DNA from: an uncultured delta proteobacterium | Lineage (GTDB): Bacteria > Desulfobacterota > Binatia > UBA9968 | DNA: 64,000 nucleotides | Direction of reading: 5' to 3' | NCBI GenBank assembly: GCA_963755715.1 | Contig: CAVWLW010000026.1 | Span: forward strand, 64,001 to 128,000 | In this document: piece after piece, positions 1 to 9,841 of the stretch | How the letters are laid out: each line of letters starts with the position of its first letter | Numbering within the stretch: position 1 is the first letter of the stretch | Notes under the pieces: generated by a model | What the model was told of the DNA's origin: nothing | What the model saw: only the letters and a program-made list of their open reading frames with translations | The model's database searches: none | Position numbers and translations under genes: made by a program

Positions 1-601
1 CGAGCAGATGCGCATCAGCGTCAAGCTTTTACAAAAACGACTCAACATCGCGATGCTGTTCGTCACCCACGATCAAATCGAGGCGCTGAGTTTATCGAAT
101 CGCATCGCGTTGATGAATTTCGGCGTGGTGCAGCAGCAAGGCGATCCGCGCTTGCTTTACGAAGAACCGGTCAACGAATTCGTGCGCGACTTCGTCGGCA
201 GAACCCTGCTCTTCAAAGGCAAAGTGCAAACGAGCAACCCGTCCGGCCAGATGGCGATCGCGCTGGCCGGCGCGCGCGACTGCATCGTCTTTGGACGCTG
301 CTACAATCCCGGCGGCATGAAGACAGGTGAATCGGTTTATATCGGGGTCAGGCCCGAAGACGTGGAGATCCATCCGGCGCACGGCGCCGAGGCTCCATCG
401 GGCATGATCGGCGGCAAGGTCGAGGCTACGTTGTTCGTCGGCGAGCGCATTGAGTATCAAGTCGAAGTCGACGGCCAGGGAGTCATCATGATTTATGGCG
501 AACGCCACAAGCCGGTCGACGAGGGCAGCAAAGTTTGGTTAAAGTTGCGACCCGAAGGCCATACCGCGTGGGCATCGGATTGGTCGCACAAGGAAGAATA
601 A
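1..601 (+). CDS. ABC transporter ATP-binding subunit (PotA/FbpC-like), C-terminal part with TOBE-like domain; truncated by window start
   Basis: H-loop 'FVTHDQIEALSLSNRIALM' and 'LYEEPVNEFVRDFVG', 'IGVRPEDV'; Walker A lies upstream of the window; first gene of an ATPase-SBP-permease set. Confidence 0.9.
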   Translation, partial: EQMRISVKLLQKRLNIAMLFVTHDQIEALSLSNRIALMNFGVVQQQGDPRLLYEEPVNEFVRDFVGRTLLFKGKVQTSNPSGQMAIALAGARDCIVFGRCYNPGGMKTGESVYIGVRPEDVEIHPAHGAEAPSGMIGGKVEATLFVGERIEYQVEVDGQGVIMIYGERHKPVDEGSKVWLKLRPEGHTAWASDWSHKEE

Positions 602-608
602 ATGGATC

Positions 609-740
609 GGGCGTACGCCGTACGCCCCTACGAAGATGAAATTCCCGGAGGACGAGGTCATGATTACTATTCGCGCGCGAGAAAAAATGCAGAAGCGCGA
701 TAAACGCGCATGCAGTGTAGGGGCGTATGGCCATACGCCC
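609..740. repeat. Pair of GTAG-type REP palindromes (609-631 and 717-740)
   Basis: gggcgtacgccgtacgcccctac and gtaggggcgtatggccatacgccc: hairpins with GTAG/CTAC ends. The second lies inside the SBP reading frame. Confidence 0.7.
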
Positions 741-1877
741 TTCCTGACCGTGCTATTGCTCGTCTTGCTCGGCGCGCCTGGCGCTTACGGCGCCGCAGCT
801 CCCTCCGCGAATTTCGAGCAGGAATGGTCCAAGCTCATCGCGGCGGCGAAGCAAGAAGGCACTCTTATGGTGGCTTCCGGCGGTGCGCCATCGCGCCAGT
901 ACCGACCGGTTGTCGACGCCTTCAGCAAAAAATTTGGTGTGAAGGTCGAAGTCTCTACAGGCAACGCCACCGACACAGTCAATCGGGTGCTCGCGGAGCG
1001 AAAAGCGGGAAGATACATCATGGACGTCGCATTGATCAGTAGTCGCGAGAACAACCAGAGGCTCGTGCCGTCGGAGTCGCTGGTGCCGTTCCCGCCCCTG
1101 CTCATCCATCCCGAGGTGGTGGACACTTCCAATTGGTATCTCGGTCGCCATTGGTACGCTGACAAAGCATCCGCGTACGCGTTCATCTACCACGTAACCA
1201 AAGAGGATCAGTACGAGACTTGGTATAACACCGACAAGCTCAAAGAAGCCGAGGTCGCGACAATAAAGAAACAGACCGATTTTTTCGACCCGCGCTGGAA
1301 AGGGAAGATCCTCGGCCAGGGAATGGGCGACCCATCGGGCATACGGCAGATGATCGACAGTTACTTCGAACCGGATCGAGGGCAAGAATGGATACGCACT
1401 TACCTGCTGAACGCCGGTATAACATTTTCAGATGACCGCAGGATCCTGGAGACCTGGCTCGTCGGTGGAAGATTTCCGCTGCAAGCTGTCGCCACCGGCA
1501 CCGAGGAACTCACGGGGCTGGCGAAAAAGGGGCTCCCGATCAAGCAGATCTTTCTACCCAAGCAAGTAGGCATGGTGCGGGCGGGCGGGTCCGGCTGCTG
1601 CATATCGGTATTTTCGAATGCGCCGCATCCAAGCGCAGCCAAACTCTTCGTGAACTGGTTCCTTTCGAAAGAAGGACAGACATTGACCCATACGCTAGTG
1701 CCGAACATCGACCGTTCTTCCTTGCGCAACGATATTCCCTTCGGTGAAGTAACGCCGGACCAGCGACGCAAACCGGGTGTCGAGTATGCGTTCCCCGACG
1801 CCGACCCTAAATTCGGTCCGCGCCAGGAGGAAGCGCAAAAATGGATTTATAAAATCTGGGAGTCGAAACAGAAATAA
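636..1877 (+). CDS. ABC transporter extracellular solute-binding protein (Fe3+/thiamine/AfuA-like); true start possibly 660 or 687
   Basis: Hydrophobic signal segment, 'W..LIAAAKQEG', 'APHPSAAKLFVNWFLSKEGQ' motif. Confidence 0.88.
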   Translation: MKFPEDEVMITIRAREKMQKRDKRACSVGAYGHTPFLTVLLLVLLGAPGAYGAAAPSANFEQEWSKLIAAAKQEGTLMVASGGAPSRQYRPVVDAFSKKFGVKVEVSTGNATDTVNRVLAERKAGRYIMDVALISSRENNQRLVPSESLVPFPPLLIHPEVVDTSNWYLGRHWYADKASAYAFIYHVTKEDQYETWYNTDKLKEAEVATIKKQTDFFDPRWKGKILGQGMGDPSGIRQMIDSYFEPDRGQEWIRTYLLNAGITFSDDRRILETWLVGGRFPLQAVATGTEELTGLAKKGLPIKQIFLPKQVGMVRAGGSGCCISVFSNAPHPSAAKLFVNWFLSKEGQTLTHTLVPNIDRSSLRNDIPFGEVTPDQRRKPGVEYAFPDADPKFGPRQEEAQKWIYKIWESKQK

Positions 1878-1884
1878 CTACCAA

Positions 1885-1965
1885 AGCTTCAAAACGTTCC
1901 AATAGTTCAAACCCTTCAAGCCGTTTGATCGGTCCGGATGAATTAATGATTTGAACAGCTTGAAC
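1885..1965. repeat. 9-bp-period degenerate tandem repeat forming an inverted repeat
   Basis: ttcaaaacg ttccaatag ttcaaaccc ttcaagccg ... ttgaacagc ttgaacg; related tracts near 12070-12106 and 46197-46238. Confidence 0.55.
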
Positions 1966-1978
1966 GAAAAAGTCGCCC

Positions 1979-3772
1979 GTGGACCAATCCCCCGCCATAG
2001 ATCAACTCGCCATCGCGCCGAGCTTGCCGGCACCTCGTGTGACAAAGGGCCATTTTATCATGGCGGTGGTGCTGATCGCGCTCGGCTACTTTCTGATCTG
2101 GCCGGTGCTGCTGCTTCTGATCAATAGCTTTAACGCTGCCTCGGATTGGTTCGTCGAGCCGCGCACTTGGGGAGTCAAGCACTGGGTGAATGCCTTTCAG
2201 CGGCCCGGCTTGCTCACCTCTCTCGGCAACTCTCTGCTCATCTGGTCGCTGACCGTCAGCGTCAGCTTTCCCGTGGGCGTGGCGATCGCTTGGCTGCTCG
2301 CGCGCACTAAGATTCCTTTCAGCCATACCTTGGAATTTCTCTTTTGGGTTTCTTACATGGTTCCCGCGCTGCCGACGACCATCGCTTGGATCACTTTGCT
2401 CGATCCCGATATCGGCATGATCAACGTCGCTCTGAAAAATTTATTCCATCTCGACCAGGGGCCGTTCAATATCTTCAGCGTGCCGGGAATCGTTTGGGCG
2501 AACCTGATGGGCCACGGCATCTCGATCAAAGTCATGCTGTTGACACCAGCCTTCCGCAACATGGACTCCACGCTCGAGGAGGCGGCGCGCGTCGGCGGCG
2601 CGAGCAATTTGCGAACCCTCTTCAAAGTCACCCTGCCGCTCATGATCTCGCCGATGATGATGGTTTTCGCACTCCAGCTTTTGCGCGTGTTTCAATCCTT
2701 CGAGACCGAATACCTGCTGGGCATGCCCTTTGGCTTTTTCGTCTACTCGACCAAAATTTTCACCTTGATCAGAAATCAAATTCCCAATTACGGCGAAGCC
2801 ACCGTTCTGGCAAGCCTCACCCTGCTGATGATTGCGTTGATCATCCCGCTGCAGCGCTGGATTCTCGAGCGGCGCCGCTACACCACGATCACCGGTAGCT
2901 TTCGTCCCGGCCTGATCGATCTCGGTAAATGGAATTACGTCACCTTCGGCGCCATCGCTCTGCTGCTCGCGCTGTTAACCGTCGGACCGCTCGCCATCTT
3001 GATACTCGGCAGCTTCATGCAGCGCATCGGCTATTTCGTCTTGGGTTACACGCTCGATCACTGGCGCTTTGTCTTGAGCGACCCCGTGTTCGTGAAGGCG
3101 CTGCGCACCACGCTGATACTTGCCACCACCGCGGCAATTTGCAGCCCGCTGATCTTTTCGGTCACGGCATATATTCTCGTGCGCACCCGGTTGCCGGGAC
3201 GCGGCGCGCTCGATCTGATGATTTGGACCGCCGGAGCGATCCCCGGAATTCTTGCCGGACTGGGACTCCTGTGGGTTTTTATCTTAACGCCCGGCCTGAA
3301 TTTTTTGTTCGGCACGATCTGGGCGCTACTCATTGTCGTGCTGCTCCAAGGTAAAACCACCGGCGTCAACATCATGAAAGGCGTGCTCGTGCAAGTCGGC
3401 GCGGACATGGAAGAGGCCGCGCGCGTGTCCGGTGCCGGCTGGCTCCGTACTTATTTTCTGATCTGGCTGCCGCTCTTGATGCCGACGCTGATCCTCTTGG
3501 CGGTGATGAATTTCGTCAGCGCCGCCGGCGCCACCAGCAGTATTATCTTGCTCGCATCGCGCGACACGATGACGCTGTCGCTCATGGCTTTAGAGCTCTC
3601 GTCGGTCGCAGTCAGTAATCGCGAAGCTGCAAGCATCATCAGCATCTTCATCGTTGCTTTCACGATGACCGGAGCGCTGCTTGTCAGATACTTTGGCCGC
3701 CGGTTCGGCGTGCGCCACGACATGCATGCCGCCGAAGGCGCGCCGCAAACAACCCCGCGGGTTTCCAATTAA
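1979..3772 (+). CDS. ABC transporter permease, two-domain (FbpB/ThiP-like)
   Basis: About 12 hydrophobic segments; two EAA loops ('LEEAARVGGAS', 'MEEAARVSGAG'). Confidence 0.92.
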   Translation: MDQSPAIDQLAIAPSLPAPRVTKGHFIMAVVLIALGYFLIWPVLLLLINSFNAASDWFVEPRTWGVKHWVNAFQRPGLLTSLGNSLLIWSLTVSVSFPVGVAIAWLLARTKIPFSHTLEFLFWVSYMVPALPTTIAWITLLDPDIGMINVALKNLFHLDQGPFNIFSVPGIVWANLMGHGISIKVMLLTPAFRNMDSTLEEAARVGGASNLRTLFKVTLPLMISPMMMVFALQLLRVFQSFETEYLLGMPFGFFVYSTKIFTLIRNQIPNYGEATVLASLTLLMIALIIPLQRWILERRRYTTITGSFRPGLIDLGKWNYVTFGAIALLLALLTVGPLAILILGSFMQRIGYFVLGYTLDHWRFVLSDPVFVKALRTTLILATTAAICSPLIFSVTAYILVRTRLPGRGALDLMIWTAGAIPGILAGLGLLWVFILTPGLNFLFGTIWALLIVVLLQGKTTGVNIMKGVLVQVGADMEEAARVSGAGWLRTYFLIWLPLLMPTLILLAVMNFVSAAGATSSIILLASRDTMTLSLMALELSSVAVSNREAASIISIFIVAFTMTGALLVRYFGRRFGVRHDMHAAEGAPQTTPRVSN

Positions 3773-3787
3773 TTTTGTAATGCCATT

Positions 3788-3848
3788 GTAGGGGAGGCCC
3801 CCAGTGCCTGCCCCTAATCAAGAGGCAACCACAGGGGGTTGCCCCTAC
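3788..3848. repeat. GTAG-type REP doublet (REPIN-like)
   Basis: gtaggggaggcccccagtgcctgcccct ... gaggcaaccacagggggttgcccctac in inverted arrangement. Confidence 0.7.
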
Positions 3849-3944
3849 GACGACTTCGATCGCGGTGACGTTCGACGCAACAAATCGGATTGCTTTTTCC
3901 CCGCCGCTGAAATAATCAGACCTAACAGAAACAGGAGGCGTACG

Positions 3945-5570
3945 ATGGCTGAAACCAATATCGCAGATACTTTGGTCGAATATTTAAGCTCAAGAGGCGT
4001 CGAGAATATTTTCGGCGTGCTTGCTCACACGTCTTTCGCGATCGGCGATGCGATAGCGAAACGGCCGCACATGCGCTTCGTCAATGCGCAGCACGAAGGC
4101 GGCGCGGGCAATATGGCGCTCGGTTACGCGCGTGCGACGAAGAAGCCCGCAGTTTGCTTGGTCTCTGCCGGCGGCGGCGCGACCAATATTGTGACCGCCG
4201 TCGCCCAAGCTCACAAAGAATCCGTGCCGCTGTTCGTCATCTCATCGGATATCGACACGGCCGCTTCGGCGAAAAGCCCTTATTCATCGTTCCACGGCAT
4301 GGAGCATGTCCGGCTATTTCAGCCGATCACCAAGCAGAGCGCAAAGCTTGAACGCATTGAAGAACTCGGCTCGTTGCTCGACTCGCTGTTTCGCCAGACC
4401 ACGCGCGGACGCCAAGGACCGGTTTTTCTCATTGTCCCCGAAGATCTGCAGCATGAAAATCTTCCAGAGCCGTTGAGCTTCGCGCCCACGGCGGAGCCCG
4501 TCGCGCCGGCGATGGATTCGGCCGCCGCCCGCGTCGCCGTGGATCTGCTGCTCCAGGCAAAGACTCCGGTGGTGCTCGCCGGCACCGGCGTGGACTGGGC
4601 GGGCGCGCGCGAAGAAGTGCGCGAGCTGGCCGAGCTGTTATCGATGCCCGTTGCGGTGAGCTACACGGCCAAAGGCGTTTTTCCCGAGAACCACCCGCTC
4701 GCGCTAGGCTGCCTCGGCTTCGGCAGCCGCCCTTACGCGCGTAAATTCTTTCAGGAGTCCGATTTGATTCTCGCCTTGGGCGCGACCTTCAGCGAAGGCA
4801 CGACGATGCGCTTCGGCCACGAGATCATTCCCGAGAAGGCCAAGATCGTGCAGATCGACACCGACCCCGATGAACTCGGCGGCAACTATCCGACCACGCT
4901 TTCGATCCAAGCCGACGCCAAGATCGCTCTGCGCGCGATCATCGATGAAGTCAAGAAACGCCAGCCGAAGCCGGCATCGAACGGCGAAAGAGCCGAAACG
5001 ATTCAGCAAGCCAAGCAAGCCTGGAAAAATGAGGTCGAGCGGAAACCGGCCAATAATGGTTTGACTTACGAGTCCGTGATGCGAGAACTCAACGAGCAGC
5101 TCACGGGCAACGAAATCCTGACGACGTCAGGCATGACCGGCGACACGCTGCGCGGCATCGACGCCGTGAATCCGATCATCCACGCCGGCGAGTTCCGCGC
5201 CATCGGCACCGCCCTCGCGACGGCGATGGGCGTAAAGCTCGGCCGGCCTGACGCCAGAGTGATCTGCGTCACTGGCGACGGCTCGTTCATGATGGAGCAA
5301 CAAGAACTTGCCACCGCGACCTATCACAAGATCCCAATCTTCGTCCTCATCCTGCGCAACAACGCCTACGGCGGCATGAAACGCGACCAGATGAAAACCT
5401 ACGGCGGCCGCGTCATCGGCACCGAGCTCTTCATCCCGGATCTTCCCAAACTCGCCGAGCTCTACGGCGCCAAAGGCTTCGCCGTCACGCGCAAAGAAGA
5501 ACTCAAACCGGTTTTTCAGCAGGCGCTGGCGTCGGATGAGTTCGTCGTCGTGGATGTGAAGTTGGATTAG
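3945..5570 (+). CDS. Thiamine-diphosphate-dependent enzyme (acetolactate synthase large-subunit superfamily)
   Basis: 'QHEGGAGNMALGYAR' catalytic Glu, 'GDGSFMM...NN' ThDP motif; RBS AGGAGG before ATG 3945. Confidence 0.9.
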   Translation: MAETNIADTLVEYLSSRGVENIFGVLAHTSFAIGDAIAKRPHMRFVNAQHEGGAGNMALGYARATKKPAVCLVSAGGGATNIVTAVAQAHKESVPLFVISSDIDTAASAKSPYSSFHGMEHVRLFQPITKQSAKLERIEELGSLLDSLFRQTTRGRQGPVFLIVPEDLQHENLPEPLSFAPTAEPVAPAMDSAAARVAVDLLLQAKTPVVLAGTGVDWAGAREEVRELAELLSMPVAVSYTAKGVFPENHPLALGCLGFGSRPYARKFFQESDLILALGATFSEGTTMRFGHEIIPEKAKIVQIDTDPDELGGNYPTTLSIQADAKIALRAIIDEVKKRQPKPASNGERAETIQQAKQAWKNEVERKPANNGLTYESVMRELNEQLTGNEILTTSGMTGDTLRGIDAVNPIIHAGEFRAIGTALATAMGVKLGRPDARVICVTGDGSFMMEQQELATATYHKIPIFVLILRNNAYGGMKRDQMKTYGGRVIGTELFIPDLPKLAELYGAKGFAVTRKEELKPVFQQALASDEFVVVDVKLD

Positions 5571-5651
5571 CAACAGTGTTGCACCGGGCAAATTAACGAT
5601 GAGCGATGGAATAGTGACTAGCGACCGATTGTTTTCTTTTGGTATTTTAAT

Positions 5652-5857
5652 GTGAAGGTACGGGATGCGATTCGTATGCTCGAAGCGGACGGATGGCGAC
5701 TCGTAGTAACGGAGTAACGGAGGGCAGTCACCGGCAGTTCAAGCACAATACAAAGCCGGGTCGCGTAACCGTTAGTGGTCATGCCGGTGACGACATGCCA
5801 AAGGGAACACTGGCTTCTGTACTGCGGCAAGCCGGCCTCAAAGGAGTGAGGCGATGA
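5652..5857 (+). pseudogene. hicA: HicA mRNA-interferase toxin, frameshifted by an 8-bp tandem duplication
   Basis: GTG-KVRDAIRMLEADGWRLVVTE|GSHRQFKHNTKPGRVTVSGHAGDDMPKGTLASVLRQAGL. gtaacgga is repeated at 5706-5713 and 5714-5721. The restored stop overlaps the hicB start (ATGA). Confidence 0.85.
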
Positions 5858-6117
5858 AAAAGCTACAGTATTTGGTTCGTATCAATAAAGATCCCGATAG
5901 CGATTGGGGCGCCTCGGTGCCCGATCTCCCCGGCTGCGTTGCAACTGGAAAGACAATCGACTCTGCTCTTCGACGCATTCAAAGTGCCATAGCGCTCCAC
6001 ATCCGTGGCTTACGCGAGGACGGCATCAAACCACCACTTCCCCGCCAGCGTTCAATTGCTCCGAAACGCTCCCCACGACTGGTGGATTTTTACGCAACCG
6101 TCGAGGTTGCGGCTTAG
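5854..6117 (+). CDS. hicB: HicB family antitoxin
   Basis: 'WGASVPDLPGCVATGKTIDSALRRIQSAIALHI..LREDG..PP' HicB signature; directly downstream of hicA. Confidence 0.9.
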   Translation: MKKLQYLVRINKDPDSDWGASVPDLPGCVATGKTIDSALRRIQSAIALHIRGLREDGIKPPLPRQRSIAPKRSPRLVDFYATVEVAA

Positions 6118-6199
6118 CCTGTGCAACCTAGGTCACGCAAACTCCCCAATTTTCGGTTCCTTTAATAGGTTTATCGATTTTCTTAGAGGATAAAATACG

Positions 6200-6676
6200 A
6201 TGCCACTTCAACTTCGACGAATAGTCACCGGCCATGACGCCAACGGACACGCGGTCGTCAAGATCGACGAAATTTCCAAAAATCTCACTTCGGCGCGGCC
6301 AGGATCGACGTCTTGCGTGGTGTGGACTTCGGAATCTTTTCCGGTCGACAACACAGGCGATGCCGACGAGGGGCTGCGTAAGGTCGGCACGACGTTAAAG
6401 AACGGCACGGTCTTTCGCGTCGTCGAGTTTGCGCCCGGGGTCGCGCCGCGTGTTCATCGGACGGATTCCATCGATTATGCCGTCGTCATGTCGGGCGAGA
6501 TCGATATGGAGCTCGACGACTCTGTCATCCACCTGAAGGCCGGCGACGTGCTCGTGCAGCGCGGCACGATCCACAATTGGGTCAATCGCGGTAGCGAAGC
6601 TTGCGTGATCGCTTTCATCCTTATCGACGCCAAGCCGGTCGAGGTCGGCGGAAAGGTTCTGCATGCCGAAGGGTAA
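6200..6676 (+). CDS. Cupin domain protein
   Basis: 'RRIVTGHD', 'HRTDSIDYAVVMSGEI', 'GDVLVQRGTIHNW' cupin motifs. Confidence 0.88.
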   Translation: MPLQLRRIVTGHDANGHAVVKIDEISKNLTSARPGSTSCVVWTSESFPVDNTGDADEGLRKVGTTLKNGTVFRVVEFAPGVAPRVHRTDSIDYAVVMSGEIDMELDDSVIHLKAGDVLVQRGTIHNWVNRGSEACVIAFILIDAKPVEVGGKVLHAEG

Positions 6677-6680
6677 TTCG

Positions 6681-7076
6681 CTAAGCCGGCGGTTTCCCTG
6701 ACCCGATGCGCTTGGCGACTTGCGCGTGGGCAAGCACCACACGGGGATCTCTTTGCAGAGCGGCAAGATAACGCTCAGCAAATTCTTCGCCTCCTTTTGC
6801 CGGGACCAGCAGAAAAACCGAATGGGTCATCAAAGCATCGAGACTCGCGTTCGTTAACGGCTCTTTGTCATCGAGAGTTTCATCGATCGCCACGATCAGT
6901 TGCGAGATCGGCCGTAGCCAAGCGAACCAGGGCTCGCTGGTTAGTAGCTGGAAAAAGTGATTCGGGGATTTTATCGGGCCGACTTCCTTCTCATACACCA
7001 CACGCTCGGAGTCGATCAGCGCTTTGTGCAGCTTGAGTAGTGCGCTATGAAGTTCGAGCAGGGATTGCCGGATCAC
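6681..7076 (-). CDS. Hypothetical helical protein
   Basis: 131-aa ORF with RBS-like GGAG; natural composition ('LHKALIDSER..YE', 'FAWLRPISQLIVAIDE'). Confidence 0.7.
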   Translation of the reverse strand: MIRQSLLELHSALLKLHKALIDSERVVYEKEVGPIKSPNHFFQLLTSEPWFAWLRPISQLIVAIDETLDDKEPLTNASLDALMTHSVFLLVPAKGGEEFAERYLAALQRDPRVVLAHAQVAKRIGSGKPPA

Positions 7077-7241
7077 TTCCTGCTCCGCATTTGGTGTTTC
7101 GATTGTTTCTTTTCCATTGGCTCTCCACGCAATAAATTTGCCGATAACCTAGACGTTGATGCACGCTTGCAGCGATTTCGATCGCTCGCACGCAACACGA
7201 CCATCGAGTTTTATGGTAAAGATTGTAGCCGCCAAAAACTA

Positions 7242-7270
7242 GTAGGGGCGGGTTTACAACCCGCCCCTAC
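7242..7270. repeat. Perfect GTAG-type REP palindrome
   Basis: gtaggggcgggtt-tac-aacccgcccctac. Confidence 0.75.
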
Positions 7271-7322
7271 CTACCGATGCCCACTTTCGCAATTAGCGTT
7301 AATGGATTTCGAAGCACTCAAA

Positions 7323-8170
7323 CTATTGCGCAAACGTCCCAGCCTGAAGCTCGCGCAGCGTCTGCTCGATCTCCGCTTTGGTATTCATCACGAACGGTCC
7401 ATAGCGCGCGATCGGCTCGTTCAGCGGTTTGCCGGACACTAAAAGGAAGCGCACTGCGCTCTCCTCCGTTCGTACTTCGACGCTATCCCCGTCGTCCCAA
7501 ACCACGAGTCGCGGCGTCGTGACGCTGCGTTTTTCGGGGCCGAACCTTCCCTCGCCCTCGAAGACATACGCGAACGCCGAATGGCCGCGTGGGATCGGCA
7601 GGCTGAAAGAACCGTGCGGCGCGATCGCCACGTCCAGGTACGTCGGCTCGGCGGCGATGCCGCTGATGGGACCGACAACTCCGTCAACCTGACCAGCAAT
7701 CACGCGAATTTTCGCGCCGCCCTCGCGCTTAATTTCGGCGATCTCGTTGGCGTTAACGTTCTGATAACGCGGCGCGATCATCTTCTGCTTCGCCGGCAAA
7801 TTGACCCAGAGCTGAAATCCTGCCACACCTTCCGGCCGCACCTGCGGCATCTCTTCGTGCATGATGCCGCGCCCGGCGGTCATCCACTGCAGATCGCCCG
7901 GCCCGATTTCGCCGGCATTTCCCACCGAATCTCTGTGGCGCACAGCGCCCGCAAGCAAATAGGTCACCGTTTCGATGCCGCGATGCGGATGCAACGGAAA
8001 ACCCGCTTGGTAATCGGCGGGATTTTTCGACTGGAAATGATCCAGCAGCAAAAACGGATCGAGGTAATCCAGCGTATGCGTGCCGATGCTGCGTTTGAGC
8101 CGAACGCCGGCGCCTTCGACGACCGCCTGCGGCTCGATAATTTTGCGAATTTTTCTCGATTGTCTTCCAT
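7323..8170 (-). CDS. Pirin family protein (1-bp frameshift near 8152, likely sequencing error)
   Basis: 'EGAGVRLKRSIG', 'DPFLLLDHF', 'HPHRGIETVTY', 'QWMTAGRGIMHEE', 'GPFVMNT'; RBS GGAGG before ATG 8170; extra A in an A-run. Confidence 0.9.
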
Positions 8171-8190
8171 AGTCCTACCTCCTGATTCTG

Positions 8191-8793
8191 TCACCATGCC
8201 TCGTTAGCATTACGAACTGCGGCCTTGGCGCTTTTTTCCTGCTCAAGACCGCGCGTCCGAGTCACCAAGTTGGTCAATAACTGGCGGATCAAATTTTTGG
8301 TTGACTCATTGGTCAGGTTTCCCTCCGCGTCGAAATTTTGCGCGGCGTTGGCGATCATCACCTCCGGCTGATTGATCGCGTGAACGTTCAAAAACACGAA
8401 GACCTGGCGCAGATGATATTGCGCCCGCGCCGTGCCGAGCGTTCCCACGGACGCGCCCATGATCGCCGCCGGCTTGTCCGTCCACGCGCTGTCGCCGTAG
8501 GGCCGCGACGCCCAGTCGATCGCGTTCTTAAGCCCGCCGGGAATGGAATAATTGTATTCCGGCGTGACGAACAAAATCGCGTCGGCTTCGCGAATGCGCT
8601 TTTTCAACTCAACAATCTTTACCGGCGGCTGGCGTTCATCATCCTCGCTGAAAACCGGAATACCATCGAGCTCGAAGATGTCGATGACGGCATCTTCGGG
8701 AGCCAGTTGCTGCGCCGCCCTCAGCGCCGCCCGGTTATAGGACTTTCGCCGCAGGCTGCCGGCGATACCGAGTATGCGGATGGGTTGGTTCAT
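8191..8793 (-). CDS. NADPH-dependent FMN/quinone reductase (ChrR/YieF-like flavodoxin fold)
   Basis: 'GSLRRKSYN', 'TPEYNYSIPGGLKNAIDWASRP', 'GTARAQYHLRQ'. Confidence 0.92.
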   Translation of the reverse strand: MNQPIRILGIAGSLRRKSYNRAALRAAQQLAPEDAVIDIFELDGIPVFSEDDERQPPVKIVELKKRIREADAILFVTPEYNYSIPGGLKNAIDWASRPYGDSAWTDKPAAIMGASVGTLGTARAQYHLRQVFVFLNVHAINQPEVMIANAAQNFDAEGNLTNESTKNLIRQLLTNLVTRTRGLEQEKSAKAAVRNANEAW

Positions 8794-8920
8794 CTTTCCA
8801 GTCTCCTTTTCATCGACGATTTGAAATCGCTCACCTGTCAGTCAGGTTATACATTCAAAGGTGCTTCGACTAGACGGCAAATCTTGGAAACATTGTTCCG
8901 TCTAATGTAGAATCGCCGGC

Positions 8921-9810
8921 ATGGATCTCGACGGCATCGAGGTTTTCGTCAAAGTCGTTGAAGCCGGCAGCTTCAGCCAAGCGGCGAAGCTTCTCGGCAT
9001 GCCCAATTCAACGGTAAGCGCCAAACTTTCGGCGTTGGAGAAGCGGCTCGGTGTTACCCTGCTGCAGCGCGTCGACGCGCAAGTTGCGCGCAACGCCGGC
9101 GGGAGAGACTTACTTTCAGCAATGCGTTCAGGCTCTGGAACAATTGCAAGCGGCGGAAAGTGAATTGACCAAGCGCGCAACGCGAACCGCAGGGACTTCT
9201 CAGAGTCACGGCTCCCGCGGACATCGGCCACACTCTTCTCGCTACGCTGGTGCGCAGTTTTTTACAGCAGTACCCGAAAACCGAAGTCGAGCTCGTGGTC
9301 ACCAACCGCGTGCTCGACCTCATCGCCGAAGGTGTCGATCTGGCGATCAGAGCCGGCGAGCTCGCCGACTCGAGGCTCATCGCCAAGCGATTCTCCGTCG
9401 GCAACATCGGACTGTGGGCGAGTCCTGCTTATCTGAAGAAGCGCGGCATGCCTTCGCATCCGCGAGATCTGGCGCCACAGGAGTGCCTGCAATTCTCGCT
9501 ATTCAAAAACAACCGATTGGAACTGACCAATGGTAAGGACAGCGTCCGATTGGTTCCCGCGGGGCGGTTGCGCGCCGATGATTTCGAAGCGCTCAAAGCG
9601 TTCGCGCTTCTCGGCGAAGGCATTGTCTATCTGCCGAGTTTTATGTGCGCCGAGGAAGTGAAGCAGAGTCGACTCCAACGAGTGTTACCCGATTGGCATG
9701 GCACAGCGACAACCTTCTCGCTCGTCTACCCCGCGCAACGATTCGTCTCGCCCAAGGTGCGCGCCTTCATCACCGTCGCCGAAGATCTCTGGCGGCGGCA
9801 AAAGTTCTAA
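8921..9810 (+). CDS. LysR family transcriptional regulator (split by frameshifts near 9070 and 9170-9185)
   Basis: HTH 'FVKVVEAGSFSQAAKLLGMPNSTVS...LEKRLGVTLL'; substrate domain 'DLIAEGVDLAIR'; divergent from reductase-pirin genes. Confidence 0.88.
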
Positions 9811-9841
9811 AGCCAAGTCGCTGCGGGCTTTTTTCCGGAGC

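Noticed and set aside
3804-3944. N-terminal extensions in the ORF track (also 24839-24991, 37553-37654, 41386-41523, 49009-49119)
   Set aside because: They run through REP or promoter DNA; downstream starts with an RBS or family-typical N-termini fit better.
8921-9810. Programmed frameshifting or phase variation in LysR and other split genes
   Set aside because: Indels are scattered over unrelated genes with no shared slippery site or stimulatory structure; sequencing error explains them better.
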